Of a DNA stretch of 64,000 nt, positions 1 to 9,620 are shown piece by piece. Under the pieces are notes generated by a model that was given only the letters and a program-made list of their open reading frames with translations, was not told the DNA's origin and made no database searches. Position 1 is the first letter of the stretch. Every line of letters starts with the position of its first letter. The translations under genes were made by a program, and so were the position numbers. Origin of the DNA: an uncultured Verrucomicrobiae bacterium (GTDB taxonomy: Bacteria > Verrucomicrobiota > Verrucomicrobiia > Chthoniobacterales > JAFAMB01); assembly GCA_963837955.1 (NCBI GenBank), contig CAWIPH010000001.1:352001-416000 (forward strand), read 5' to 3'.

Positions 1-3000
1 GTCGCTCCCGATCTTTCGAGTGATTTTTGGCCAAGAGGAGATAGATGGCCGGCACAACAAATAACGTAAAAAACGTGCCAATGACCATGCCAGGCACGAG
101 CACTCGACCAATACTATTCCTTGCTCCAGCGCCCGGGCCGGTAACGAACATCAGAAGAAAGTGACCGGAGACGGTCGCCACCGAAGTCATCAATATCGGG
201 CGAAGCCGAGTACCGCAGGCCTCGACAATCGCGTGCAGCTTATCCTTTCCCAGTTCTTGCAGCTTGTTGGCGAATTCAACGATCAATATCCCGTTCTTTG
301 AGACCAGTCCTACCAGAGTAATCAGTCCGACTTGACTATAGATGTTGATGCTGGTGAAGCCCAAGAAAGCCATAGACAACGCACCGACTAAGCCAAGTGG
401 AACCGAGCCGAGTAAGATAATGAATGGGTCGCGGAAGCTTTCAAACTGTGCGGCCAGCACCAAATAAATCACGATGAGCGAAAGAATCATCGTCGGAACA
501 AAAGCGTTTCCTTCCTTTCGCAGCTGCCGTGACTCGTCCGCATAATCGATGGTATAGCCACGCGGCAAAATCTTCGCGGCCTCGTCTTCCAAGACCTTGA
601 GCGAGTCGTCGATCGTAGCGCCAAAGCCATTAGCCCCCGAAATCGTAAACGAGTTGAGCTGCTGGAAATGATTCAACGTTTCGGGCTGCACCTCCCGTTC
701 GAGGTGAGCGATCGTCGAAAGCTGGATTTGCGTGCCGTTTGGTCCGCTGACGTACCGGTTAACCAGATCCGTAGGTGTCAACCGCTCCACTCGCTTCAGT
801 TGAGGAATTACCTGATAGCTTCGGCCCTGAATACTGAAGTAGTTCACATATCCACTACTGAGTAATGTCGTAAGATCGCCACCAACCTGCTGCAGGTTAA
901 GACCCATCGCCGCGACTTTATCGCGGTCGAATACGATGCGGGTTTGCGGCTGATCATATTTCAAATCGGAATCAGCGAAAAAGAACTTTCCACTTTTATT
1001 GGCGGCAATGAGAAGCTGATTTGAGAACTCAAGCATCTCCCGCGGTTCCGCCGTAGACTTGACCACCATCTCGACCGGAAAGTTACCGCCACCAGGAAGA
1101 GCCGGAGGAAGCGTCGCCAGAACATTCACGCCAGGGATCAGCGCCATCTTTTTACTCACTTCACCCAATACTTGCGCCATAGTCCGATTGCGCTGTTTCC
1201 ATGGTTTCGCCACCAAGCCGGAAAACCCTGGACCAGGAATCGGAGTAACCTGGAAGGTTTGCGCGGTTTCCGGAAAACTCTTGAAGATGTCGTTCACTTC
1301 CCGCGCGAAAAGCATGGTCTGATCCAGAGTAGCATCGGGCGCTGATTGGACGATGCCGAAGACGACTCCTTGATCTTCCTTCGGTGCGAGTTCGTGTTGG
1401 GACATCACCCAGAAGGCGAGAATCAATGGCGACACGAGTAGCGCGAAAATAATGACCACGGGATAGACGGTTAATAGTCCGGAAAGGACCCGCGTATAAC
1501 CGCGCCGCAAAGAATCGAATCTGCGCGTAATCCAGCCGGCCAGGCCGCGTTCCGAAAAGCCCGGCTTTAGCAGCCGGGATGCGAGCATCGGCGATAAGGT
1601 AAGAGCGACAAATCCGGAAACCACTACCGCGCCGGCCAAGGTAAACGCAAATTCGCGAAACAAGGTTCCAGTCAAGCCGCCCTGAATACCGATTGGCGCG
1701 TAGACCGCCGCCAAAGTAATCGTCATTGCGATGATCGGGCCGAACAGTTCACGGGCTCCTTTGAGCGCTGCGGCAGTCGGAGCCATGCCTTCCTGGATAT
1801 GGCGCTCCACGTTCTCCACCACAACGATCGCGTCATCTACAACTAAACCGACAGCGAGAACGATGGCCAACAAAGTCAGCAAGTTTAGTGTGAAGCCGAA
1901 GAGCAGCATGAGGAAGATTGCACCGATCAGCGACACTGGGATTGCGAGGATGGGTGCGATGACAGCGCGCAGCGAACCCATGAAAAGGAAAATGACAATC
2001 ATGACGATGCAGAGCGTCTCGATCAACGTCTCGGTCACGTCATGGATAGCGCTGCTTATGTACTCCGTAGAGTCGTACGGGATATCCAGTTCCATACCCG
2101 CCGGGAGTTGTTTCTGGATCTCCGGCAATGCCGCTCGCACCCCTTTCACCACGTCGAGAGCATTAGCTGTCGGCAAGACGAAGATACCCATGAACGTCGC
2201 TGTATTGCCCGAGAAGCGGACATCGGAGTCATAGCTTTGGGCCCCGAGCTCGATATCGGCCACATCGCGCAGCCGAACAATCGCGCCGTTAGACTGCTTG
2301 ATCGCTAACTGTTTGAAGTCCTCAACCGATTGCAGGTCGGTATTAGCGACGAGATTGATCGATGTCATCGACCCTTTCGTCTGACCGACAGCGGAAAGAT
2401 AGTTATTCGCTTGGAGAATGCTTTGAATCTGGCTTGGCGAGACATTCAGAGCTGCCATCCGGTCTGATTTCAGCCAAATCCGCATCGCGAAGACGCGAGC
2501 TCCGAGAATCTCTGCATCCTGCACCCCGTTGACGGCCGACAATTTCGGTTGCACTACCCGCGTGAGATAGTCAGTGATCTGATTCCTATCCAAGTCCTTG
2601 GAATAGAAACTCAGGTACATTGATGCGAATTGATTATCGACTGAGGTAATCTGGATAACTGGCAGCTGAGAAGCAGGCGGAAGCTGGTTACGGACCTGGT
2701 TGACCTTAGTCTGCACTTGGGTCATCGCCGCATTTGGATCGTAATTCAGCTTGAGGTGTACGCTGATTACACTCGTTCCGAGGTAGCTCTCAGAGGACAT
2801 ATAGTCGATGCCCTCAGCACTCGCGATCGATTGCTCAAGCGGAGTCGTGATGAAGCCGCGTACCAGATCAGCGTCGGCGCCGTAATACGCCGTAGTAACT
2901 TTGATAACAGAGATATCGCTTTTCGGATACTGGCGAACATTCAGACTATGGAGCGCCTGATATCCGCCGAGAATGATCAGAATGTTGACTACCCACGCAA

Positions 3001-3037
3001 GAACGGGTCGTCGAATGAATATGTCCGTAAAGTTCAT
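1..3037 (-). CDS. RND efflux transporter permease (AcrB/MexI-MexW-like); 3' end runs off the window
   Basis: Minus-strand reading from ATG 3037 gives MNFTDIFIRRPVLAWVVNILIILGG...VRQYPKSD, and near position 1 reads GPGAGARNSIGRVLVPGMVIGTFFTLFVVPAIY; both are typical RND termini. Absent from the ORF track, presumably because the stop is outside the window. Confidence 0.93.
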   Translation of the reverse strand, partial: MNFTDIFIRRPVLAWVVNILIILGGYQALHSLNVRQYPKSDISVIKVTTAYYGADADLVRGFITTPLEQSIASAEGIDYMSSESYLGTSVISVHLKLNYDPNAAMTQVQTKVNQVRNQLPPASQLPVIQITSVDNQFASMYLSFYSKDLDRNQITDYLTRVVQPKLSAVNGVQDAEILGARVFAMRIWLKSDRMAALNVSPSQIQSILQANNYLSAVGQTKGSMTSINLVANTDLQSVEDFKQLAIKQSNGAIVRLRDVADIELGAQSYDSDVRFSGNTATFMGIFVLPTANALDVVKGVRAALPEIQKQLPAGMELDIPYDSTEYISSAIHDVTETLIETLCIVMIVIFLFMGSLRAVIAPILAIPVSLIGAIFLMLLFGFTLNLLTLLAIVLAVGLVVDDAIVVVENVERHIQEGMAPTAAALKGARELFGPIIAMTITLAAVYAPIGIQGGLTGTLFREFAFTLAGAVVVSGFVALTLSPMLASRLLKPGFSERGLAGWITRRFDSLRRGYTRVLSGLLTVYPVVIIFALLVSPLILAFWVMSQHELAPKEDQGVVFGIVQSAPDATLDQTMLFAREVNDIFKSFPETAQTFQVTPIPGPGFSGLVAKPWKQRNRTMAQVLGEVSKKMALIPGVNVLATLPPALPGGGNFPVEMVVKSTAEPREMLEFSNQLLIAANKSGKFFFADSDLKYDQPQTRIVFDRDKVAAMGLNLQQVGGDLTTLLSSGYVNYFSIQGRSYQVIPQLKRVERLTPTDLVNRYVSGPNGTQIQLSTIAHLEREVQPETLNHFQQLNSFTISGANGFGATIDDSLKVLEDEAAKILPRGYTIDYADESRQLRKEGNAFVPTMILSLIVIYLVLAAQFESFRDPFIILLGSVPLGLVGALSMAFLGFTSINIYSQVGLITLVGLVSKNGILIVEFANKLQELGKDKLHAIVEACGTRLRPILMTSVATVSGHFLLMFVTGPGAGARNSIGRVLVPGMVIGTFFTLFVVPAIYLLLAKNHSKDRER

Positions 3038-3070
3038 CGGGTTGTCCTGGGTTGAGTCTCCTGAGAACGC

Positions 3071-4213
3071 TTAACTATCCGAGGGAGTTGGAGAGGTTTC
3101 GCTGCCTGGTGTAGATTTATTATTTACAATGATTGCTTCGCCACTTCTTAACCGAAAGACTCCGGAGGTAACAACCTCGTCTCCCGGCTTCAGACCGGAG
3201 ACGATGGCCGTAAGGTCGCCCTTGCTCTGCCCGAGCTTAACGAACTGCTCCTTAACGCCCTTGAATGTCTTGCCATCATCTGATTTCAAGTCAGATACGA
3301 TGAACACGGAATCACCGTACGGCGCATAATGAATGGACGAAGAGGGGATCGCAACCACCTCCTGAGCCTCGGGAAGCACTACCTTGACTTTGGCATACAT
3401 CCCCGGTCGCAGTTGGGTCTCGGAATTAGGCAAGGTAGCCTGGATCTGGACGTTCCGGGAATTTTGGTCCACCAGCGAATTGATTGCCGTGACTTTTCCG
3501 GGGAAGACTTTGTCTCCGTAGGCGTCCATGTTAATCTCGACGGATTGACCCACGGTTAATTGACTTAGGTTCTGCTGCGGCAGACTGAAATTGACATAGA
3601 TCGGATCAAACGATTGCAAAGTGACCACCGCGTCTCCGGTGTTCAAGTACTGCCCCAAATTGATTTGTCGGATTCCGACAACCCCGGCAAACGGGGCTCG
3701 TAACGTTTTCCTGGCAATGAGCGCCTTGAATTGGTCGACGGTGGCTTTTGCTTGGCGAAACTGCGCATTCGCACTGTCAAAATCGGATTGCGAGACCGTC
3801 TTCTTTGCGACCAAATCCTGGTTTCGCGTGAGCGTGATTTGCGTCCAATCCCGATTGGCCTCCGCTTGAGCCAGCTGGGCTTGCTCCTGGTCAGTGTTCA
3901 ATTGAACTAGGAGATCACCCGCTTTCACCTGGCTCCCAGACTCGAATGCGATCTTACTCACGATTCCTGCCAAATCGGTGCTAATGGTTACCCCGTTTAT
4001 GGCAGTAATTGTGCCAATTGTCTCAAGAGTTGGTTGCCATTGGGATTTTTCCGCTACCGTGGTGGTGACTGCCGTAGGCGGCGGCAAAAATGCGCCCGAC
4101 TTCGCCATCGCAGCGAAGCCCATGATTTGGGTCACTTTGAAATAGGTGAGTCCGCCGTAGATTAGTCCGACGACCACTAACATCAGCAGGATTGTGACGA
4201 TGAATTTCTTCAT
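3071..4213 (-). CDS. RND efflux periplasmic adaptor (membrane fusion protein)
   Basis: N-terminal TM segment, lipoyl-like GSQVKAGDLLVQL, LRAPFAGVVG and LRPGMY motifs. Start MKKFIV at 4213 preferred over the longer ORF that overlaps marR. Confidence 0.93.
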   Translation of the reverse strand: MKKFIVTILLMLVVVGLIYGGLTYFKVTQIMGFAAMAKSGAFLPPPTAVTTTVAEKSQWQPTLETIGTITAINGVTISTDLAGIVSKIAFESGSQVKAGDLLVQLNTDQEQAQLAQAEANRDWTQITLTRNQDLVAKKTVSQSDFDSANAQFRQAKATVDQFKALIARKTLRAPFAGVVGIRQINLGQYLNTGDAVVTLQSFDPIYVNFSLPQQNLSQLTVGQSVEINMDAYGDKVFPGKVTAINSLVDQNSRNVQIQATLPNSETQLRPGMYAKVKVVLPEAQEVVAIPSSSIHYAPYGDSVFIVSDLKSDDGKTFKGVKEQFVKLGQSKGDLTAIVSGLKPGDEVVTSGVFRLRSGEAIIVNNKSTPGSETSPTPSDS

Positions 4214-4227
4214 GGAGAACGAGGGGA

Positions 4228-4770
4228 TTAGGCCGCCTCGGAGGTCTGGTTGCCCACCGATCGGACCGTTGCGAGTTGATGTTGGATTTTTTCTAGCAGA
4301 TTGATCAGCAATTGGCGTTCCGGCTCGGTGAGCGGGCCAACCAACTCCGAAAACCAGTGGCAATAAGCAGGCCGGATTCGATCCAGCAGTCGCTGCCCTT
4401 CTTTGGTTAGATGCACCTGAACCTGGCGCCGATCCGCAGGATCAGCCTTTCGAACGACTAAACCGTCTCGTTCCATGCCATCCAAGAGCCCGCTCACAGT
4501 CGCGCGAGTCACTCCGGTGCATTCAGCGAGTTCTGCCGGACTAGGAGCCTCTTCACAGTGGCCGGCGATCATGAGAAGATTAAACCGACCCGGACGCACT
4601 CCTTGCGAAGCGAGAAACTGGTCATTTAACGAAAGCAGTTCATCACCCGTTTTCAGGAGATGCATCCACGTGAGGCACGCAGACGGATCGAGCTCCGTAT
4701 ACTGTCGCGATTCCTCCAACAACACGTCATAGTGTGGCAACTCTTTGATGATGGGCTCGCCGCGTGCCAT
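4228..4770 (-). CDS. MarR family transcriptional regulator
   Basis: wHTH SPAELAECTGVTRATVSGLLDGMERDGLV and DPADRR motif; first gene of the efflux operon. Confidence 0.92.
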   Translation of the reverse strand: MARGEPIIKELPHYDVLLEESRQYTELDPSACLTWMHLLKTGDELLSLNDQFLASQGVRPGRFNLLMIAGHCEEAPSPAELAECTGVTRATVSGLLDGMERDGLVVRKADPADRRQVQVHLTKEGQRLLDRIRPAYCHWFSELVGPLTEPERQLLINLLEKIQHQLATVRSVGNQTSEAA

Positions 4771-4788
4771 AGTTAACTGCCTTAAGTA

Positions 4789-4810
4789 TTAGGTTCCTAA
4801 CTGTTGTCAA
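4789..4810 (-). promoter_or_regulatory. marR promoter -35 (TTGACA) with palindromic putative MarR operator TTAGG-AA-CCTAA
   Basis: TTGACA on the minus strand at 4810-4805; palindrome at 4789-4800, 19-30 nt upstream of the ATG. Confidence 0.5.
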
Positions 4811-4938
4811 GGGCGCAGCTGAAAATTTCTCAAAACAGCGCTTCCAGAACGCGGCTCAATACCGAGGGCGCAGAACGCCGCACCCCAGTCGTTAGCCCCC
4901 GGGACAACTGACGGAGAACACTGCGGGGGAAACGAAAG

Positions 4939-6789
4939 TTACACTTTTTCTAAATAAATACTCAAGAGCGCGATGTCGGCGGGTGTGATCCCACTGATCC
5001 GTCCGGCTTGTCCCAGAGTACCGGGACGAATTTTGTCGAACTTTTGCTTGGCTTCCGTGCGGAGTCCAAAGATATCGGCATAATCTACCCAGCCCGGGAT
5101 CGACTTCGATTCCGCACGTGCAGCCTTCAAGATCGTCTCTTCCTGCCGGCGGATGTACCCTTCATACTTCAAATCGGTTTCAACCTGATCCCAAACAGAT
5201 CGGTGAAAGCGTTTCGCCAGGTCATCAGGGAGCTCGGCGATAGTAAACTCCGGGCGCTTCAGCATCTGGTCTAACCGGACTCCTTGGTACCGGGTTGCGG
5301 TCGCCAATTCTTTTGCTTCTCGGATTTGGTTCAGGCGCGCACTTACCCGCTGAGACGAGCCGGCATCGATGAGCCCGATCGCATGGGCTTTCGGTGTTAA
5401 GCGCAGATCGGCATTATCCTGGCGCAGGAGCAATCGAAACTCAGCACGACTCGTAAACATCCGGTAAGGCTCCTGGGTCCCTTTGGTAACAAGGTCATCA
5501 ATCAGCACCCCGATATACGCCTCGCTTCGCTGCAAGGTGAAGATCGGCTTACCTAAGATCCTGAGAGCGGCATTAGCGCCGGCAATTAAGCCTTGAGCAG
5601 CTGCCTCTTCGTATCCGGAGGTTCCGTTGATTTGCCCTGCAAAGAAAAGGCCGGGAACCAGGCGCGTCTGGAGCGTTTGATCGAGCTGGGTCGGCGGACA
5701 ATAATCATATTCGACCGCGTACCCTGGACGCAGGATCTCCGCTTGCTCGAGGCCTGGAACCGATCGGATGAAAGCGTACTGGACCTCGAAAGGTAAACTG
5801 GTTGAAAGACCGTTTACGTATATTTCGCTGGTTTGCCGGCCTTCAGGCTCCAGGAACAATTGGTGCTGTGGCTTTTCGGCAAATCGCACCACCTTATCCT
5901 CGATCGACGGGCAGTAGCGCGGACCGACACCTTCAATTTTGCCCGAGTACATCGGCGAACGGCTAAGGTTTGCTCGGATGATTTCGTGGGTTTTTTCGGT
6001 CGTGTAGGTGATCCAGCAAGGAATTTGTTCCACGTGGAACATCCCGTCGATCCTTCGATTCAATGTAAACGGCTGGTCGAGCGCTTGGAAGTCGTCTTCG
6101 CGATATGAAAAGAGAGGAGGCGGCACATCTCCGTCCTGGCGTTCGCACCGGCTGAAATCGATCGAACGGGCGTTAAGCCGGCACGGCGTACCGGTCTTGA
6201 AGCGGCCCACCTCAAATCCGAGTTCCTTCAGGTTATCGCTAAGAGTCGAGACAGAATCGCCCATCCGTCCGCCGGCTTGATTCTGTTGCCCTACGTGCAG
6301 GAGTCCACGCATGAAGGTGCCTGTTGTTACCACCACGCTCTTGCCAAGGATGGTGAGACCCAGATTGGTCACGATTCCTTGGATCCCGTCTGAGGTTACC
6401 AGGAGTTTGGATACGTTGCCTTGCATGAGACGGAGACAAGGCACCGCTTCCAGCAAAGACTTCATGCGAAACTGGTACGCTTTCTTGTCGCATTGCGCTC
6501 TAGGTGCGCGGACGCTCGGTCCCTTATTCGCATTCAGCATGCGGAATTGGATCCCGGTAACATCGCTATTCTCCGCCATCATCCCGCCCAGCGCATCGAT
6601 CTCTCGGACCATATGACCCTTCGCTAAGCCTCCAATAGCGGGGTTACACGACATCTGACCGATCGTATCGAGATTCTGCGTCAGCATGAGCGTAGAGCAA
6701 CCGAGCCTCGCGGCGGCGGCGCTCGCTTCAATCCCGGCATGGCCGGCACCGATCACAATGACGTCAAACGTATGCGGGTAAGTCCACAT
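4939..6789 (-). CDS. mnmG: tRNA uridine-5-carboxymethylaminomethyl(34) synthesis enzyme MnmG (GidA)
   Basis: GAGHAG, MSCNPAIGG, GPRYCPSIEDK and GQINGTSGYEEAAAQG motifs; 616 aa. Confidence 0.98.
   Translation of the reverse strand: MWTYPHTFDVIVIGAGHAGIEASAAAARLGCSTLMLTQNLDTIGQMSCNPAIGGLAKGHMVREIDALGGMMAENSDVTGIQFRMLNANKGPSVRAPRAQCDKKAYQFRMKSLLEAVPCLRLMQGNVSKLLVTSDGIQGIVTNLGLTILGKSVVVTTGTFMRGLLHVGQQNQAGGRMGDSVSTLSDNLKELGFEVGRFKTGTPCRLNARSIDFSRCERQDGDVPPPLFSYREDDFQALDQPFTLNRRIDGMFHVEQIPCWITYTTEKTHEIIRANLSRSPMYSGKIEGVGPRYCPSIEDKVVRFAEKPQHQLFLEPEGRQTSEIYVNGLSTSLPFEVQYAFIRSVPGLEQAEILRPGYAVEYDYCPPTQLDQTLQTRLVPGLFFAGQINGTSGYEEAAAQGLIAGANAALRILGKPIFTLQRSEAYIGVLIDDLVTKGTQEPYRMFTSRAEFRLLLRQDNADLRLTPKAHAIGLIDAGSSQRVSARLNQIREAKELATATRYQGVRLDQMLKRPEFTIAELPDDLAKRFHRSVWDQVETDLKYEGYIRRQEETILKAARAESKSIPGWVDYADIFGLRTEAKQKFDKIRPGTLGQAGRISGITPADIALLSIYLEKV
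6026..6041. promoter_or_regulatory. parS site (perfect palindrome TGTTCCACGTGGAACA) inside mnmG
   Basis: 16-bp palindrome matching the ParB/Spo0J parS consensus; translated within MFHVEQ. Confidence 0.85.
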
Positions 6790-6873
6790 TCAGCAAAAGA
6801 GGGCACTGACTTTACTTCCGAAAACAGCGAATGCAACGGAGGCGTCCCTCTCCGAGCGATTCCGCGCATCCTG

Positions 6874-7215
6874 CCCCTGATCGGTAGGGCGAACGCTTTG
6901 CGTGAGCCGCTCAGGGGTTCCCCGGCTCAAATAAATTTTCGCCCTACCAACGATGTTCTGACTGCTCCCGAGGGGTTGGAATAGGTTCAGAACATAGGTA
7001 ACACTATTGGGCAGAAGAGCGCTAAGGGCGGCGTTCATGCCCTGGAAGCAGACTGAACCTATGGAACAGAGGTTACCGATGGATCGACACCCATTGATCG
7101 GTAGGGCGAACGCTTTGCGTGAGCCGCTCAGGGGTTCCCGGCTCAAATAAATTTTCGCCCTACCAACGCTGTTCTGGCTGCTCCCAGGGGTTGGAAAGCC
7201 AATCACTAATCACTT
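6874..7215. repeat. Two tandem GTAG-REP doublets; 6983-7215 is the left arm of a long inverted repeat
   Basis: GGTAGGGCGAACGCTTTGCGTGAGCC...GGCTCAAATAAATTTTCGCCCTACC occurs at ~6883 and ~7100. Confidence 0.85.
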
Positions 7216-7434
7216 GTGATTGCAGTATCCGGCGTTTTGCCACACGTGTGCCCGGAATTTCTTCGAAACTTTGCGGAAAGTGGATAGCAAGAACGGACTC
7301 GATTCGGATAGGGTTTGGACGGGTTTCCGTTTACCCCCTCCTCGTCGCCGGCTAGCGCTGTGCCCCGCGGTCGTGGATGAACCGTACATTTGAACCGCTC
7401 AATCCCAATCACCATTTACCTACCGTTTCAACAA

Positions 7435-7450
7435 TGTTCCACGTGGAACT
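7435..7450. promoter_or_regulatory. Second parS site (TGTTCCACGTGGAACT, 15/16 match)
   Basis: One terminal mismatch to the perfect site at 6026; intergenic. Confidence 0.75.
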
Positions 7451-7680
7451 TCGCTTACCTACCAAAATTTCGCGTGCCCGCTCACGGTTCTTCGCCGGTC
7501 CCCGTTGGGACCGACTCTGCACAGCACCACGGTCCGCGCCGGATTGCCTCGCCCTATCGGTCCGGGATGCATTTTCATTCCATCGAACAGATGTCCGGAG
7601 TTGGTCCCCCTATTCGGACATCCGTTGCCAGCATCCCGACCGGTAGGGCGCTTTCGGCCGCGGTCCAGGTGATTGGTGAG

Positions 7681-7915
7681 AAGTGATTGGTGATCGGGCT
7701 TACAACCCCTCGGGAGCAGTCAGAACAGCGTTGGTAGGGCGAAAATTTATTTGAGCCGGGGGACCCCTGAGCGGCTCACGCAAAGCGTTCGCCCTACCGA
7801 TCAGGGGTGTCGATCCATCGGTAACTCTCTGCTCCATAGGTTCACTCTTCTTCCAGAGCATGAACGCCTCTCTTAGCGCTCTTCTGCCCAAAAGTGTTAC
7901 CTATGTTCTGAACCT
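7681..7915. repeat. Inverted copy of 6983-7215 (contains one REP doublet)
   Basis: Reverse complement aligns to 6983-7215 along its whole length with scattered substitutions. Confidence 0.9.
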
Positions 7916-8251
7916 GCCCCCTCTGTCTTTGCTACCTTCTGTTTAAAAACCTCTTTCCTTGTTCTGTTTACCTTCGTTAGCCGCTTATCAGGTTGATCTG
8001 GGAGGGATATGAACCTTGCCGCCGAAAATCCTCGCAAATTGGATGCTGTTTGAAGCTGCACCGTCCGGCTCGCCGAAATCCGAATTCTTGCCTTTCAAGC
8101 TCCGTCTAAGATTGCCGGCACTCCCAAAAAACTTTCAACCGCGACGAATCGGAACCTTGACATAGGCCCCTGTTCCAGCGATCAAACGGCCGATTTCCCC
8201 TCCGAACTATCGAAAATCTCATCATTCACTCCGTTCCCCTTTTTCTTTCGC

Positions 8252-8608
8252 GTGACAATGGAAGCACTTTCCGGCACAATATCAGGGACTACATCTATGG
8301 CTAAGTCTCTGGACATCTCCCCAGTCAAGTCTTTCGCCGAAGAGGTAGAGATTCTACGCAAGTCATTTCGGGCCTGCTTGGATGTTTACACGCAGCGTTT
8401 AGAAACCGAGCTCAAGGAAATCAAAGATGCTGCCCTGGCTCAAAGTAACGGGTCGCAGATGCCGGCCAGCAAGATCCGCGACCTTCGCGACATGATCACC
8501 CTCTGCCGCACGCTGGACATCAAGCCGGAAAAAGGCCGTCGAAAGGATCTGAAGAAAATCGATAGCCTGATCGACGACCTTCGTTTGATGATCGAAAACT
8601 GGCGCTGA
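8252..8608 (+). CDS. Hypothetical helical protein (start may be ATG 8297)
   Basis: Protein-like charged, amphipathic composition ending KPEKGRRKDLKKIDSLIDDL; no family recognised. Confidence 0.7.
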   Translation: MTMEALSGTISGTTSMAKSLDISPVKSFAEEVEILRKSFRACLDVYTQRLETELKEIKDAALAQSNGSQMPASKIRDLRDMITLCRTLDIKPEKGRRKDLKKIDSLIDDLRLMIENWR

Positions 8609-9002
8609 TTGAATTCCCATCGGCCTCCGCTTTTCACCTCTTCGATCGTTTTGAGAGTGCAAGTGCAAGCTACCGTAGCCCGGCGAAGGTGGCCCAGGCA
8701 TCGTCGCGCTAAAACAAGCGTTAGCAAAGCAACCCGCCGCAAAGGTTCGCGTCTGTCCGAAATACCCTTGAGGCAGCATCCCCAGCTCTGCACACACCGA
8801 CGCCCGATACCGCTTGTTCATACCGTCGAAATCTCATTCCGTAGGCGAGTTCCAGCATCCTCCAAAATCACAACTGCTCGTCCGCCGCATCCTTTCGAGT
8901 CTATAACATCTTTTTGTGCAGTTCTATAAACTTTTCTGAGTCATCATTGATTTTTCAATTCACTTTGATTTCGTTACAGGGTCGTCTATCTATTTCGCGG
9001 CC

Positions 9003-9611
9003 ATGCTACCTGGAATCATCCTCACAATTTCTGCCCTGCTTTATCGGCTCCTCTACGTACTCGCCGGATCGCCAGTGAATTGGGCCAATTTCTCGCCGGT
9101 AGCAGCCATTTTCCTTTGCTCCGGCGCGTTCCTTTATCGGCGCGCCGCATACCTCTGGCCGTTGATCGCCCTCTTGGTATCGGACGTAATTATTAACGCC
9201 CACTATCATGTGCCTCTCTTAGATACCCGGATGATTTCCGGGTATTTTTGTTTTGCCCTGTTCCTACTTCTCGGGCGTTGGCTTGGTCAGAAACGCCAGG
9301 CCAAAGCGTTTTGGATGCTGGGCGGCGCTGTGGCTGCGTCACTGCTCTTTTACGTCGTCACCAACACCGTGGATTGGTTCTTCGATTCGTCGGTACCATT
9401 TCCGGTCGAGCTTTATGCCAAAACGTTCTCCGGATGGCTGCAGGCATTGACCGTTGGTCACCCCAACTTTCCTCCCACCTACCTCTTTTTGCGTAACACC
9501 ATGGTGAGCGACCTTTCGTTTACGGCGGCCTTCCTCCTCACCCAGTTCGTGTTTCGCTCGTCCCCCGAAACTGTCCCCTCAGCTACACATCAAAAAAGTC
9601 AGACTCTTTAA
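9003..9611 (+). CDS. DUF6580/BtuM-like membrane transport protein (solitary ECF S-component-like)
   Basis: About 6 TM segments; NFSPVAA, LLVSD, LFYVVTN..W and FLRNT..SD motifs. Confidence 0.7.
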   Translation: MLPGIILTISALLYRLLYVLAGSPVNWANFSPVAAIFLCSGAFLYRRAAYLWPLIALLVSDVIINAHYHVPLLDTRMISGYFCFALFLLLGRWLGQKRQAKAFWMLGGAVAASLLFYVVTNTVDWFFDSSVPFPVELYAKTFSGWLQALTVGHPNFPPTYLFLRNTMVSDLSFTAAFLLTQFVFRSSPETVPSATHQKSQTL

Positions 9612-9620
9612 CCTACCCGT

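Noticed and set aside
668..3055. Plus-strand ORFs over the first 3 kb
   Set aside because: Antisense shadows of the RND permease gene.
7216..7680. oriC directly upstream of mnmG
   Set aside because: Only boxes with two or more mismatches, no AT-rich unwinding element, and sampled lines stay mostly C-rich on both sides.
6790..7891. Short ORFs across the repeat region
   Set aside because: They are translations of REP/inverted repeats, with the same peptides recurring in several frames.
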